NCBI GenBank assembly: GCA_050575255.1
Contig: JBNZDD010013714.1
Location: 4,929,600 to 4,993,599, forward strand
Direction: 5' to 3'
Source of the DNA: Harriotta raleighana
Lineage: Eukaryota
DNA length: 64,000 bases
The notes beneath the pieces are model-generated. The model worked only from the letters and a program-made list of their open reading frames with translations. It ran no database searches and had not been told where the DNA came from. The position numbers and the translations under genes were made by a program. The first letter of the stretch is position 1, and each line of letters starts with the position of its first letter. This document shows, one piece after another, positions 12,513 through 27,421 of the stretch.

Positions 12513-15500
12513 CGCTTTGCAGAATACATTCCCACATATCTATTATATATAACATATAGAGAATATGCAATACCTAATTACTCTTACATTACATGAAATA
12601 ATATGCATTGATCAACTGGTTTTATTCTTGATTTGCTCACTGCTCCTATTTCCCCCTCATTTGAAACAGCAAATGGCAAGCTGTAAACCAGATTAACTGT
12701 ATTTATTTCCCATCGACTATAAATGCTGCTTTGTCTTGTTTAGAAGTCTTAGCTGTGCGTATGTTTTCACTACCAGACTTTCTGTTTAGATCAAAGGTGT
12801 GAAATTTTTAATTATTGAAACCAAAGATGGGCAGTTTCAGCACTAAGAAATAAAAGTGTAACAAGTGGCGGAATTTAAATGCCTAATAAATAAATAGAAG
12901 GTTTACAATGTGCAGCTGTTGTCAATGTGAAGCATTTTGTATAGTGGAAAGAATGTAAGAAACATAGCCAAACACTATAGCCAGTCGGGTAAAAGGCTGT
13001 CTAGTCTCTATGGATTCTTCATGCTGCTCATTGTCTGAGATTACTTTTTTTCTCGGATTCATTTGCATTTGAAGGACAAAGACCTTCTGTTAGAGACCCA
13101 TAGCAGCTCTTCCCATTTTACCTTTAAAAGAACATTGGTATCCATAGGGTGACTCGTTGCATTACCTCAATCTTTAGGAGTCCACGGGAAGCAATACAAA
13201 TATGTCTTTTAACACAAGTCGCAGCACAAAATGTATTTTATCCAAAAATAAAGCTAATGGATTGAAAAGCTGTGTAAAGAATAGAGGCTTTTACTGTGAA
13301 GGGTTGTTGGAGAGGAAGGATGCACAGGATGGTGGGATTGCTTACACAAACAAGATTGTTAGGGGGTCTATTCAGCTTGTCTGTTCCCTAGTTTATACTG
13401 TAAGGAAGTTGTGACTTCTGGAATGACAACAGAGCATTCCCAGCTTCCGACACCTGCTTGCATTATACGTCTGTGAATTATGTATTTGGCTTTTTGCAAG
13501 GCTCAGCAACAAGTTGTATGCTAAGTAGATCTTAAACCTGGTAATCTATTAAGCAGCAAATACAGTTAGCTTTTTGCCACTTGTGAATGAACAGAATTAT
13601 TTGTTGGCCTGTTGAATAGCTGTAATGTGATCAGTAGAAATGTGAAATCGGTTTGTATTTCCCCTGAAGGCCTTTGGCTGCATACGCATGGTAGTTAATA
13701 TCCTCTGCATTCATGCACTGACAGTAAATCAAGCCAGGGTTCACCGGTGGGCTGTAATATTTCTAAATGGTGCACAACTTGAAATCACTCTAAAAGAGAT
13801 AACCATAGAGATGCTATTTAAATATATTACTTGTGCACTTTGGTAGTTTGGCCTCATATTTTGAGTTTACTGTTGCTTTGAATGCGACTACTAAACATCA
13901 CTGCTCACCAAATTTTATGGTCGTTTCTGATGTGTATTACAGATTTCTTTGAATACATTCATGACCTCTGGTTAGACCATACTGCAGTGCTACGTTCTTA
14001 TGATGTCACCTGTAAACAGGCGAGAACTTTGACACTGGCACAGCATGAAGCTGCTTAAATCAGGGCCTCATTTACAGGACCCCGCTGCCTGCAAAATGCC
14101 TCTAATGGCATTATCCCCAGGCCTGAGGGGCGAGCTGAATAACAAAACCCAAAAGGCTCTCTTATGTGGAAAAATAAAGCTAAGCTCTGATAGTATAACC
14201 TAATCTCCTCTTGATCTGCTCTCAAGCACCTCTGAAGTTGAAGGAAAAAAAGCATAGTAGAAAGATGTACTTGTCCTGCAATGTGCTTAAGCATCTTTGA
14301 GAAAGGAGTTGTTTTATACATTTACACACTGCTGTAGCCATTGATTGAATACTATTGTTTAATGACCTGGCTCAGTCTAAGAAGTGATCTTTTATAATTC
14401 CCATCCACAGTGAGCACAGCAGATCAAATTCCTCCACATAGTTTTATAGTTCAACCTAACGGCAGGACATAAAATTGCCATTTGGTAAATGTTATCAAGC
14501 AATGTTTTCTCTCATTAGTAATTGTATCTAATTCATCAAGACTTAAATGCCGATGCATGATTTGACTAAAATGTATATTTTAAAAATCTATATTTGCTTG
14601 TAGTTTATCCTGCAACAGTTCTATGACCTCAGCATTAAACTTTTATTGAGTATATCCCCCTGACCTCAAATTGGAAATTTGTGTTGGAACCAACCTAACT
14701 GACTATTATAGCTCTCAACTGTTGTTAATTTTACATTTGTCTAATAAAACGCAGCAGGAAGCTGAAGTACTTCTCTATAATAGGCACTTTCAACCAGATT
14801 GTTTCAGAGTAATTTGTGAACTTACTCCTACCTTTGCAATGCAGCCTTTCTACAAAACAGTTGGCGGTTGCATAAATTTAACTTTTAGGTGTTGCAATTG
14901 TCCTGCTTTTTTAAGCATTGTTTTAAAAATGTGCTAAATTTGTAAAGATAAGGCAATTGCATCCCCAGTGAAATTCTCAGTTCGAACCCAGAGGAGTAAA
15001 GAATATGAGTTGGTAAGTTTTTTTTTCCCCCCCACTTTCTGTTGTAATGTTTGTCTAACAGTGTTGACATACTAAATCAACTGAAGGAAATGCACCTTAA
15101 ATGTAAATGGTGAAAAAGCAATAATATTTTGTCATGAGGTGCTACCCCAAGGTCTCAACCTTTAATGCAGTCTGTGTAGTATGCAGCCATAAACTGAAGA
15201 ATCCAAGAGCCGCAGGTGTTAATTTGATATTCAGTGATATCTTAAGAAGGGAAAACTCACACCAAAGATGGCGAGTGGAATTCAACCAAGACAAGGAAGT
15301 TTTCAAAAGAATAAATAATCAACATACCTTTCAGCCTTTTGATAACATTTGACGGTGCCTATTATTGTAACAAAATAGTCCAGCAATTCTCATGCACAAA
15401 GGAAGGTTTAAATTTCAAAGCACTATAAAGTCAGCTGAACTCCAAAGTTCTGTGTGCTGTGCATATTATTGCCAAAGCTTGCCTTTAACCTATAAAATTG

Positions 15501-18399
15501 TCTGCAACAAAATTTATTGTAACATTGGAGCACAACTATTTACCTCTTGATTTTAGTCTTGATGTTTTCTTTTGATATAAATCTACATGAATGTTGCCTT
15601 TATCAAAGTTTCTTTCATTTGTGATATGCAATGAGCCTTGACTTGCTCTGCTTATTATAATTAATTTCTGGTCAGTGATGGATCAAACTTTTTTAATGTG
15701 TGTCTGTTTATGAAGATTTTTTTGTGTGTCCTTTCTATAGTGTTTTACAAACACATTTTCATTCACTGATGTGCGTGATGTTAACAGTTTATTAAGCATG
15801 AGTGAGGTTTCTGCATTTTTCAACAGTGCTGAACACATTTAAAAGGCTTGAGGACGTGTATAAATATTTTGCAGCATAGTGTAAAACAGCAGCTACCACT
15901 CTTGTAAATGATGCAAAACAGCAGACTAATTTTTCTCTATATTTTTTGACTTGTAAATAATCAGAAACATATATTCATAGCAAATTGCCTTAGGATTTTC
16001 TTGGCTCAGACAGGATTGATGTGTTTGTGTGCTTAATTTTCATTAACAGTTCTTTATCATTCAACAAATCGAGTACAGGAACAATGATAGCCTTGAGACT
16101 TCTCCAGGTTGTTAATGACATAAAATAGTTCACTCAATTTTGTGTGCTTTCCCCTATGAAAACTGATCTCACAGTGAATGCTGATGAAAAAAGTGACCTT
16201 GTAATATAATTCAAAATTCCACTATTTATCATCATTAGTGTGTGAAAGCGTCTTTGGATTCAGTTTCCTGATACTGGGAAGAATGCAGTCAGCATTAAGA
16301 AGGGGCAACTATTCAATTCAGAAGAGCACAGTTTTGAAGGGAAATGATCCTTAAACTGATGGCAGAATTAATACTCGGCTTCGACAGACAGTCCACAATT
16401 GAAAGTTTGCCTACTTGGATTTCTGCACATGGAAGAGTACTTGAAAGGAAGACAATTTTTTTTGTACCGTGCCATATATTGTCACCATCAATCAACTTGT
16501 GTTTGTTGACCAAGCAACATGTTGTCAGTGTTTATTTCATGGATGTTCTAATGGGGAACAGAACAAAGGACTCTCCTCCCAGCAGGCATTTGTATTTAAC
16601 ACCTTGCCTATTGAATTGTCATTTCTCTTGTTTCTTGATGGCAAAATTAGTTGATTAGGGTCACAACAAAGAAACTCTGTTAGTCTTCCTGGTGGTGTGA
16701 TTTTTTTTAAACAGTGGATTTTGTAAAATATAAACATGTGAATCCTTCATCTGGTTCACTCATTACGTTGAATAAAGAAATTAACTATTTTTTCAAGTGT
16801 TCTCTGATGTGAGTCCGTAATTTCAAAGATGTCCATCATTTTGTAAAAAGCACTTTTAGATGTCAGCCATGTATGCTACAGGTTAGTCTGAAATCAGCAA
16901 CACATAACAAACTGCATTGACTGAGTATTACATATAGGAGCAGAAACTACTGTACCTATTTTCTGAACAAATTGATGAAAATATTCTGCAAAGGAATAGT
17001 GTGTTGGCTAAATGGTTCACAGTTTGAGTTTGTGTCATCAGTGCGGAGAATCTGCTCTGAATGGAGAGTAAAATCTATTTATCCTCACTAGGCATTTGTA
17101 AAATAAAACTGGCAATATGCTGCGGTGGTATTGAATAATAGTTTCTTCATGAAATGCAAGTAGAAAGAGTCACCAGCTGCAAATACACACCTTTATTAAT
17201 TGTTTCTAGATTTAATATTTATTAATAATTAATAATAAGAATTAATAATATTTGTTATTTTGTTATTTTCAGAGTTCTGGCTTCTTGTCGGATGTGTTGT
17301 ATCGGGTGAAACATCTCCTCTTTCTTAATTTATCAAGCTTTTGATCTCTTGTCAGTTCTGTACATTGGCAAATCGTACCTCTAATAGTATGTTTCAGGGT
17401 CACAAAAGGTCACTATTACATCGCAAAACTTACGGGCATCCTGGTGTTGCATCCCCACACAGCTTTACAGATGTGGTTTTGTGTTCCTGTTAGCCTGCTC
17501 TACCTCGCTGTCCATTATATTTTTATAGGTTGGTTCTGCATTCCTTTGAGTCAACCCCTAGGAGATGGAGGCCTGTTAGTTTATTACTTACATATGTCTG
17601 AGCCCCTTTACCTCAGCAGGGAAAGACAAAATATGAAGAAGTAACTGTAGATTTGGGATGGTCGACTAATCCTTCTCCACCTTGAACTAATCGGCAAGCC
17701 TATGTGTTATTGCACTGAATGTTGTTCTGCAGTGCATAGCCAGTGGGGTTTCAATTTGTAGAAGCATAAACAGATACTAAACTAGAAGAAATGGTGCAGT
17801 GATTTATTAACAAAGCACAGATCAAATTATCACAGCAGTTCCCTGCTGTCAGACCAACAATTGCCTCCTTATTCCAGTTCCTCCAGAGTTTTCCTACAAT
17901 ATTGTCTGATTTTCTTCTGTGAGACTAAATTATTTGACCTGTGCTCCGGATCATTAGAATTAACTTCAACATTTGTTTCCACTCTTTTTCTTCCCTCTCT
18001 TTTTCTCAACCCTTGACTTTTTCTCCCATGTAGTTACATTTGTACGTTTCTTACAGTTCTTCTGGGACTGATTTATCATCATTTGTGAACATATATGTCT
18101 CGAAACCTCGGCTTTGATCATGTTGTATTTTATAACTTGTGTCTGTTGTACATTTAACCTTTAGTTATACTGTGTTTTAAAATCCATCATCTAAGACAAG
18201 TGAAAGAAATATTTTGCTGAATGCAATTATATTTTCTCTCCAAAGAAATTCCATCATCCTGTTGTTAAACATCAAGTGCTGTTATCATTCTTGGGAGCAT
18301 TTTGTTTACATTTTTCTCTTTCTTGATCTTTAAGCGGCTTAACTCTCGTCACTTTCTAAACGTTCCTTGTGACTTTACTCTTCATACTCCCAATCCCAG

Positions 18400-18522
18400 T
18401 CCCTTTTCCAACGCTTACAACTTGATCCACTGGAACATGATTGGATGCGCTTTGCTGCTATGGGAAACACAGCTGCTCTGACTCACCTTTTGCTCCAGGA
18501 TCCAACTCTTGCATCAAAGAAG
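18400..18522 (+). CDS. SOWAH: SOWAH exon, 123 nt, phase 0-0, SLFQRLQLDPLEHDWMRFAAMGNTAALTHLLLQDPTLASKK
   Basis: Pyrimidine-rich acceptor ending cccag, donor AAG|gtaaga, hallmark LDPLEHxW motif preceding the SOWAH ankyrin repeats. An in-frame TGA at 18370 excludes the upstream AG. Confidence 0.95.
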
Positions 18523-18784
18523 GTAAGACTTTTCTCCAAAGTGTTTGCACACACTCCATTCATTAGCAAGCACTAGAGATAAATTTTCAAAAGCATAAAC
18601 CTTGTTAACATGAATCTATTTGGTGCTACAATATAATCTAGGAAGAAAATTATTTCCACCCCTGTTATTAAATTTCAGACTGTAACCTTTACTGTTATGT
18701 TCGTGTAACATTTGATGCTGATGTTGTCATATGCATGTGCCCAACTCTCATTTGCAGTTTTCATTAGAAACATTGGAGGCATTT

Positions 18785-19220
18785 TTCTCACTTTCAAGGC
18801 CATTTTTTCTTTTCAAGGCCTTGCCCCCTCCTATCTCTCCGACCTAGGGAGCTGTCCCCCTATGAACCCGCCAACCCCTCCGTTCAGTGGGCTCCAGTCT
18901 GCTCCATGTCCCCTGTCTGACTTGTCCTATCATCGATGGATGGGCTTTCAGCGTCTCAACCCTCACACTCTGGAACTCCACCCACAATCGCTTCACTTTG
19001 CTTCCTCCCTCAAGGCCAGTCTCAAGACCCTCCTCTTCGATCATCCCTTCAGCTGCCCTCCCAACTCTCTCCCTCCCCTCCTAATTCTCTCCCTCCCCCT
19101 CCTATCCTGCCCTGCCCCCTTGCTCCGGTCCTGACCTAACTGTTCGGGGCCTTGGGACGGCCTCTCGACGTGAAAGGCGCTCTAGAAGTGTAATTTTATT
19201 GTTGTTCTTCTTGTTGTTGA
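18785..19220 (+). mobile_element. 5'-truncated, decayed L2 LINE
   Basis: Frameshifted LTFKA..GLAPSYLSDL...LWNS...SLKTLLFD ORF2 C-terminus, homologous to 45395-45921, with a (gtt)n tail. Confidence 0.88.
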
Positions 19221-20231
19221 ATCAAGTTGTGGTGTTTTCTTATACAGTATCCACAGTGAAAGGAAGCAAATCTATATACAGTATAGTAATACAGTAAGTT
19301 GAAGCTACATTAATCAAAAACACAGAGCCTTAGCGGGTATGGGTCTAAATATCTTAGCTCTGAATGACTCATATTGATCTTAAGGAGAATCATATGTCTC
19401 ATTTACACTGTGGGATTTCTACATGAGGCTGGTATGTGGGAAATACAGGCATCAGGTGTAGTACTGGTCTTTTAGAACTGGTTTCATTATGAAGCTACTG
19501 TGCATTTATGGAGTATAAACAGGGATGAATTGTTACTTTGTGACACAAAAGGTGCACCCTCTGAACCTAATGTAGGGGATATTGCTGTGGAAATGCCATT
19601 CGCAAGCATTTTCTATGCTGGAAATGATGCTCTCTTCTCCTGCTGTGTATTTTCTCTTCAAATAAACACTGAATAAAACCTACTTTACGAATCAGTGTTA
19701 AGCACGAGGAGATTATGTAAACATTTTGTCAAATTTGTCAATATTTATAATTTGCACAATGAAGAGAGATCCAGAAGCTTTAGTTTGAAGAAATATATTG
19801 TCATCTGATATGTATAACTTATACTGATATGAATAACATAACATGTATGTTTGGGTGGAATTCTCTGCTAGAAACCATTGTTGAGGAAAGTGCTTCTTCA
19901 AGTGGGAATCATCTAAATTCTTAAAAGTAAAAAAAGAAAAGTTGTTTGGAAGAGTGAACAAGCAGGAGCGTGGGATTAGATTAGGTGGCTCATTCAGGTA
20001 ATGCAAGGAGAGGAGAGTGCACATTATGTTCCAAAGACAGGGAAATTTTCATGTGTAGTTAATGCACATATGTTGGAATGCTGTCTGGTTCGAACACTCT
20101 TAAGCCTGGCTTTGGGTTTCCTGACTGATCACCAAAAATATTGGGTGGCTCAGTACAGACTTCATGTGCTAAATGGCCTTCCATGCCATCTCTCCACGGG
20201 ATTTCCATGTTGTGGGATACATGGAAACCTC

Positions 20232-20368
20232 AAGGATTAAGGGATATGGGGATTGGGCGGGCAGGTGGAGTTAGATTGGAAGATCAGCCATGATCTTATT
20301 CAATGGCACGGCAGGCTTGAGGGGCTGAGTGGCCTACTCCTATTCCGTATTCTTATGTTCTTATGTTC
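20232..20368 (+). mobile_element. CR1-type LINE 3' end
   Basis: aagggatatgggg...gatcagccatgatcttattcaatggc...gcaggcttgaggggctgagtggcctactcct followed by the 8-mer tail (ttcttatg)x2, the pattern of chondrichthyan CR1/HER1 3' UTRs as recalled. Confidence 0.8.
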
Positions 20369-22977
20369 TCAGCTTGTGTTAGATACTCCAGCATGGTGAT
20401 AGGATTCCGCGTTTGTCAGACACCCGGCCGATCCCAAAAATATGTGACTGACCTGCAGCACTGTGTTATTTATTTGAAAACCAGAAGTTTCTTGAAGCCC
20501 TTTTGGGTGCAGGCATTTCACTGCCACTTTTTTTTTAAAAAGCGAAATGAATAGATAAAATGGTTTTAAAATGAGTGTTTGATGGGGACTGTGGGTGAAA
20601 GAGTCACAAAGGTATCATATTCGTCCAAATAATTTAAGAGAGGCATTTTGGATAGCATTATCTTTTTTCGAAAAACACTTTGAACACACCACTGAGGGCA
20701 GGTCACTTGTGCTTGCTCAAACCAGTTAAGACTCTCGTCAGTAGATAAGGCTCTTTGACCACGAAAGGGCAGATGGCTGCCTTTCATCTTCCATTTCAGT
20801 GTGTAAGCGCAATGTTTGCTTATCCTATCCTTGGTATCAGAGGAGATTTTTTTAAACAAAGTCCTCTCCCAATTATTTGGCTTTTACACACAGTCTGTAA
20901 ACAAATCAGCGAAAACTGTTGTGAATGTTTGAAAACTATCTTGAAGTAACATATTTCGTTGCACACACTTGACCTTTATGTCTTAAATAGCATAACAGTT
21001 AACACCAATAACTGTCAATTACTAACTAGATAAATGAAGGATCATGAACTGTGGCATTTTAAGTTGACATTATAAGGGGAATAACAAGACTTTATTCTAT
21101 TTGATAAGAACCAAGTAAGCAATCTGTTCTTGAATATTTCTTGTATCAGAGAAGTAGTTGCATATTATTCCACTTACAATTCAATTGATGTAGATTTCAA
21201 GAAATTGACATTCAATTTCAACATGAGCTATAAATAGCGATTGTAGATTTGTGTGAAAGTTAGACATTCGACGTGTTCGCAATAAATGGACAGACATTAA
21301 ATAAAATAGTTGGCAGCACTTGTGCTAACGGTGGTCTTTTTGTTTTGCCAGAGGATAAAAAAAATGTAATTTCTATGAGCCTAAATTGTGCTGGGCAGCA
21401 TTCTCAGCTGAAAGACCCTACATTTGACAGGCTCTACTGTATAATGATTAATTACTTCTCAGCTTCCTTGGACTTTTCTAATTTCCTTTTGCCATTTGCT
21501 GGAGGCTACAAGCGATAACTGCAGCTCTGATTACTTTGTGCAAAAGGGAAATGTCTATGACTTCCCTTATTCCACAAGTGATCAGAATGAAAGGCTGGCC
21601 AATCAGAGGTTTCAGTGAGAAGTGTCTTTAGCTGTCTTTATTTGCCCTTCTTCATTGATATACTCTCATAAAATGTCATCTTTGTGGATTTAAAACGAAA
21701 TCTCAGCATGTACCGACCGACTGTGAATATCTACATTGGATACCTAACTTTTTGACAGGGGAAAAATAATGTTCAGAAAATGTTCTGAATGTATTATTTA
21801 ATCCATTAATCACTCCAACAGAGCTCAAGAAAGGCAGGGTGTTTCTAAATGTTGTCAGTCATAACAATTTGGATCCATAAATGAAAGTGCAACAATATTA
21901 AATATTTACTGAAACAAAGTCTTTATTCTTGTTCTCTTCATTGATTTTTTTTCTTGGGCAAACATACAATTTTTGACTTTTTTGTAGTAGATTACATGTT
22001 GCTTTGTCGATTAAATGTAGAATTAGTATAGATTTTCAATTTCACATTTGAAGTTAGTGGACAGTTTCTTTTTTTGTGTGGAAATGCAATTAGCCTCATG
22101 GAGGTTTTCAAAATGAGGATATGGAATTTTGTTTAGTTTGATATTGACAAAATCTGATCAGTCTTATCATTTTATCATATAAGTTTGTCATGTTGAATAA
22201 ATTCTGAGTTAAATAATAAAAAAGCGAAACCTACGAAAATGAATTGAAGCCAAAAGTTTTAAATTATGTATCTCTATTAAATCTCGGAATTTTAAAGCGT
22301 TGATTACATCAAGAAACCAAAATATTAATTATATTAAGATGGCCTGCAATAATTCATTTCAAATTTCACCATAAGATTGGTTTGAATGATTAGGGAATGC
22401 TCTCTAGTTTGAATATCATAACCATATAATTAGGTATAATGTTTTAAAATTATGGTTTTAAGGTAAAGAAAAATCCTGCTCCTTTGGAATTGCATTGTTT
22501 GCATTCCTGACAATACTGGATAGCTTAACTCAAGAGCAACACATTTACAAATGGGTTGTATAGATTCACATTACTCATGGAATATAACTTGTGCTTCAAT
22601 TTTATTTGTAGTTAAGAGGTCCACATAGGAAGAATTAGATCTTTTTTTTAGGACTCTGAGACACTACTCAGCGAGGAGGGCAGTAAAAATGTGCATGTTG
22701 TTGTTTTATAGGTCTACACTGTAGTCCTCAAAATGCATAGAGATATAATTATGCCTAGGTCCCAACAGTAGCATGAAGACTTCCAACTACACTCATCCTG
22801 ATATGCTTAACCTGGGAAAGGGGCACCAACCTTTATATGATACTCCTGTTATGTGTTATCGATGAACACAATGAATATCGTCAAAAGGCCATTAATTTGT
22901 TGGTCTCCTGGTATAATAAGCCATTTGAAATATTTTACACTTAGCGTCATATTGCTCAGGTAATATGATTTTCAATG

Positions 22978-23352
22978 CAACAACAACAAAATTATACTTG
23001 TATAGCGCCTTTCAAGTCAGGAGGAATCCCAAAGCGCTGGACACATTATCGTTTCATTCCCGAGCTGGGATCGGGGACGGGGAGGGTGGAGGGAAAGGGG
23101 GATTTGGTGTGAACTATGGGACTGTCAAAGAGGAGAGTTTTGAGGCGGGACTTGATCCTTTAGGGGGGGCAAAGCAGAGGGACTGAGGGATGAGGTTCCA
23201 CAGGTTAGAGGCAGAGTGGTTGAAGGCTCGCCCACCAATGATGGGGCAGGTGGGTAGGGGGACGTGAAGCAGGAGTGGGCGAATAGGTTGGTAGGTATTT
23301 ACGAGGTCGCAGAGGTAGGGTGGGGTGAGGCCATCAAGGGCTTTGAATGTGA
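22978..23352 (-). mobile_element. 5'-truncated L2 LINE
   Basis: The minus-strand translation TFKALDGLTPPYLCDL...IGGRAFNHSASNLWN is an L2 ORF2 C-terminus; caacaacaac tail. Confidence 0.9.
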
Positions 23353-24402
23353 ATACAGCATATAGGAAATAGTGTATACTAACACTTGTACACTTGACTA
23401 TACTATTTAGTACTTTCGTCATGCATAGTATACTATATACTTGACTAGATAAGGCTAAGTTAAAGATATCAAATTGCTAATAATACCAGGAGATCACATA
23501 ATTTCATACAATAATCATGCTTGCATTTTTATCCTTGAGAATATATCAATTTGTTACGTAAATTTTCAAAAATTAGTACTAAAACATTAAATAAAGGAAC
23601 AAACCAAGCAGTTTCTATCGGCACTTTTGTTACTATTGCCCCCAAATATATTAAACCGGATCTCTTAATAGTTCACTAAGTATGTATCAGACTACAATGG
23701 GGGAGCTGTATTTATGCACTGTGCACAGTTGCTTGAAAAGTTTGTTGATTTTGCATCTGAACTTGTTAAAGAGTTCTTATCATGAGAATGACAGATGGTG
23801 GTTGTGTGATACAGTATCATGTAATAGCCTTCCAGGGGAGTTGCTCCCGGTTAATGTCAGTGTGGTGCTGCTTTCCGTGGAGCTCAGCAGTGCTGCAATG
23901 TTTGAAAAAGAGCTTTTGGGAAGAAGGTGATTCTGAAGGGAGACTGAAATCAGTTTACTCTGGGAGGGGGCTAGAAACATGACAGAAGTACGGTAGACAG
24001 AGGATTTTTTTTTCCTGTGGATTGCAGTTTTTGTAAATTGTTTTTCGTTTGGGAAATAAAACACTGGCAAGCTTTAGATTTAAGTGCTTGTCTGGATTCC
24101 CTGTATCACCTGAGTTAACCTCATACCGCACAATATGTAGTTTGGTTTCTTTTTAAATGGTCCGGGTCACAATATTTCGTTTGATGGTTCAATTATAGAC
24201 ATGGCACAAAAGACTTTAACTATTTATTTGAACCCCCTAATAGATTGCTGGAATGTTAATTTGAAAAAACCCAGAGAGCAGTCTGCATGGTTTGGCCTGA
24301 TAAATGAAATACTTCAATTCTATGATTGGTACATGATTAAAGGGGTGGTTGCTCCTTATTGGGGTGTTTATTTTTATTTATTTTATTTTATTTTATATAT
24401 TA

Positions 24403-24480
24403 TATTTATATAGCGCCTTTCATGTCAGGAGGACGTCCCAAGGCGCTGTACAGTCAAGTGGGGGAAGGGGTCGGGGGAAG
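24403..24480 (-). mobile_element. L2 3' tail fragment
   Basis: tatagcgcctttcatgtcaggaggacgtcccaaggcgctgtacag. Confidence 0.8.
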
Positions 24481-24604
24481 AAAAGCAGGAAAAAAAAACT
24501 GACTGTATATTTGTGGGCGAAAGCAGACACATTTCCTGTAACAGGCTACTCTGATAACTTTCCTGTAGCACTATAATGTTGGTGATTGAGTAACATTAAT
24601 AAAC

Positions 24605-24888
24605 AATAATAATCCTTGCATTTTGATATAGCGCTTTTCACATCTTATCGACGTCCCAAAGCGCTTCACAGAATATACTGTAAAGTGAATTGACTGTATA
24701 TTTGTAGGTGGAATGCGGCAGCCAATTGCGCACAGCAGCGTCCCACAAACAGTCGTGGATTGAAATGACCAATTTTATTATTGTGGGTTTTTTTGGAGGG
24801 ATTATTATTAGGCATGTGGAGTGAGGAAATTTGCCCAAGGTTNATGATGCTTGTGAGGCGAGTGCTCTAACCACTGAGCCACAGGAAC
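24605..24888 (-). mobile_element. tRNA-SINE, near full length, with a single-N break at 24843
   Basis: Well-preserved core gcgcttcacagaatatactgtaaagtgaattgactg and head agtgctctaaccactgagccacagga. Confidence 0.9.
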
Positions 24889-26753
24889 ATTCACATTGTA
24901 CGAGATGCTACACACAGAAATCCTGCTTCATGGATTTCTAGTACAAGATATGATCGACAACACAATGATATAGTTGTGTGCGAATTCTTCATCTCTGTAA
25001 ATTATGGAAGAAACTTTTATCTTCTGTACTGACAACTGCCTCCCCTCCCACTTCACGAGTTTGTAAAATGGAGATACACTATCAGATATGAAAATATATT
25101 TAGTGTTGATACATGAGACACAGTGGAGACAGAATATTGGATTTTGTATTGGCAATGATGGAAAAACATGCTTCAAAACAACTCTGATCCAATAGTGTTT
25201 GATGCTTTGATATTCATATTAAGGTGACCACAAGATTTTAATTCACAGAGTTGAATATGTTCACAACCTATAATGGAAAAAGTGTGGCTCAAACCACAAA
25301 ATCTATTCAACATAAACTGTGCCACCATTTGTATAAAGTTGGAAAACTCCTCTGCCCAACTGTTAAGAAAAAGAAAAAATTATGTACAAAGTAAATGCAC
25401 GATACCAGAAATTAATTCTTTATTTGAGCATTGTACAATTTTGTCTGATTTTATGAAAATAACGAACTGATTTTGCATAGTACTGTAAAAGGTATGCATG
25501 GAACACAAGTTTAAAATTTTAAAGATTTAGGACTTGAGACAAATGTCAAAAGTGACCATTTTTATTAACATATTACACAATGCATGTAAAGTATTAATTT
25601 ACAATATCTGACATCTGAACACCACAATAGTGATCATGCAATTCATCATAAAAAATTATGCAAAAAATTGAAACATTATGAATTAATTATAAAGTGATAT
25701 TTGGTATCTATATTTGCCCTCCACCTTTGATACAATGTTCCACTTAAAGTGCCATACAAGAAAGCCAAACAAGAAGATATATACCAACCACATACCTTCA
25801 TTGTTACTTAAAGAATTATATATGTATGATCGAGAAAAATACCCTAAAATTAAATCAAATGGGTTCTGCATGTGGTAAATATATGGTGATGTGGATTATT
25901 TGTAATGGAATCAGGTAAGAGAAAAGTAGCATTCCAGTGTATAATTTTTTTTGATTCTACCAGTCACTATATCAGAAAACAAAGAATTGGAAACATCAAG
26001 AACTGTCACTTTGGTGAAAATCAGTAACTAAAAATTCAGTGAACTGTGCAAGAAAAAGAATACATTACTTTAACGTCTGTCATTTTTTAAAAGCAGACTT
26101 TCTGAACATCATTTTCTTTCACTACCAATAGCTACATGTTCCCATGTCAGTTAATAGTATCGTGAGCAATATATTTCAGCACTAATTGTTGGAATAAAAG
26201 TACAAGGTTCTCTTTGACTGAAAGGTCCTGTGTCATTCCACCAACTATATTGGGCATTTAAGATTTAGACCAGTGGAAAAAAAAGCAATGTGATCCAGCG
26301 TATGCTGGTCATCATATATCTGTAAAGGAAAATCTGAATTGAAAGCTCTCCATTTTTTAGCATTTGGCATATGATAAATCCAATCTGTTAATGAGGTAAA
26401 ATAAATGAGTTACTCTAAAGTATGTGTGAAAGTTCGCACATTGCAGTTGGCTTTATTTTCTGGCAGTAAAAACAAATATAGTATCAGTTTTAAATGTTAA
26501 AGTGATATATCTTTTCCTGCTTTTCATTTCATCCTATTGTAAGGGTTTGATTCTATGACAGGTTGAGCTACCCTCCCCCCAATGGACAAGTAGTTCAATG
26601 AAAGAGATCTGGGAAATTTCACTTGACTTCACAGGAGATTGACCCAGAATGTGGATAGACAAAGAAAAATACTAACTGAGCAGAACGTTCCATACAATAA
26701 TTCCAAGCACAACAAAAGTAGCAAAAGGTATGCTATAGAGAGAGTATATTTCA

Positions 26754-26856
26754 TATTTTGCCCACAAATATACAGTCAATTCACTTTACAGTATACTCTG
26801 TGAAGTGCTTTGAGATGTCTAGAAGATGTGATAACCGCTATATCAAATGCAAGAAT
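26754..26856 (+). mobile_element. SINE 3' fragment
   Basis: gcccacaaatatacagtcaattcactttacag...cgctatatcaaatgcaag. Confidence 0.85.
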
Positions 26857-27263
26857 CTAATCCCGCTATACGCTATATCTAATCCCAAATTACACTTGAT
26901 GACTTCAGATTTTAATGAATTCACTAATTTTGTATAATCAATCCATGCTTCATTTTCCAAAATTGGCATCTTAAATATGAGATTCAGACACTTGGCCCCT
27001 TGTAATGTGTTAAATACAAATAACTCCTCCCTCTGCCATGCAGCCAAGTCCAAAATGCTGCCAATTTTTTTTACATTAATTTATTTATGGTTTCAGTGCT
27101 GAAATACACTAAAATCATTATTTAAACAGAGAGACAGTTTAAAACCACTGCAACCAATATACTTTACAATTTTTCTCATGGCATGGATGAACAAAATATT
27201 TTGTAAGTTATCTTTTACCAATTGCAACACTTTGTTTTATACATTAAAAAAAACAATAACAAC

Positions 27264-27421
27264 TTTTAAAAGAGAGGTAGACATTTATTTGCAGAGGATG
27301 GGTTTGTGCGGTTATGAGGAGAGAGCTGGGGAATGGGATTGAATTGCTCTTTTCAAAGAGCCAGCACAGACTCGATAGGCCAAATGGCCTCCTTTTGTCC
27401 CATAGGATTCTATGATTCTAT
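27264..27421 (+). mobile_element. CR1-type LINE 3' end
   Basis: gctcttttcaaagagccagcacagactcgataggccaaatggcctcct followed by the (gattctat)x2 tail characteristic of CR1. Confidence 0.8.
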
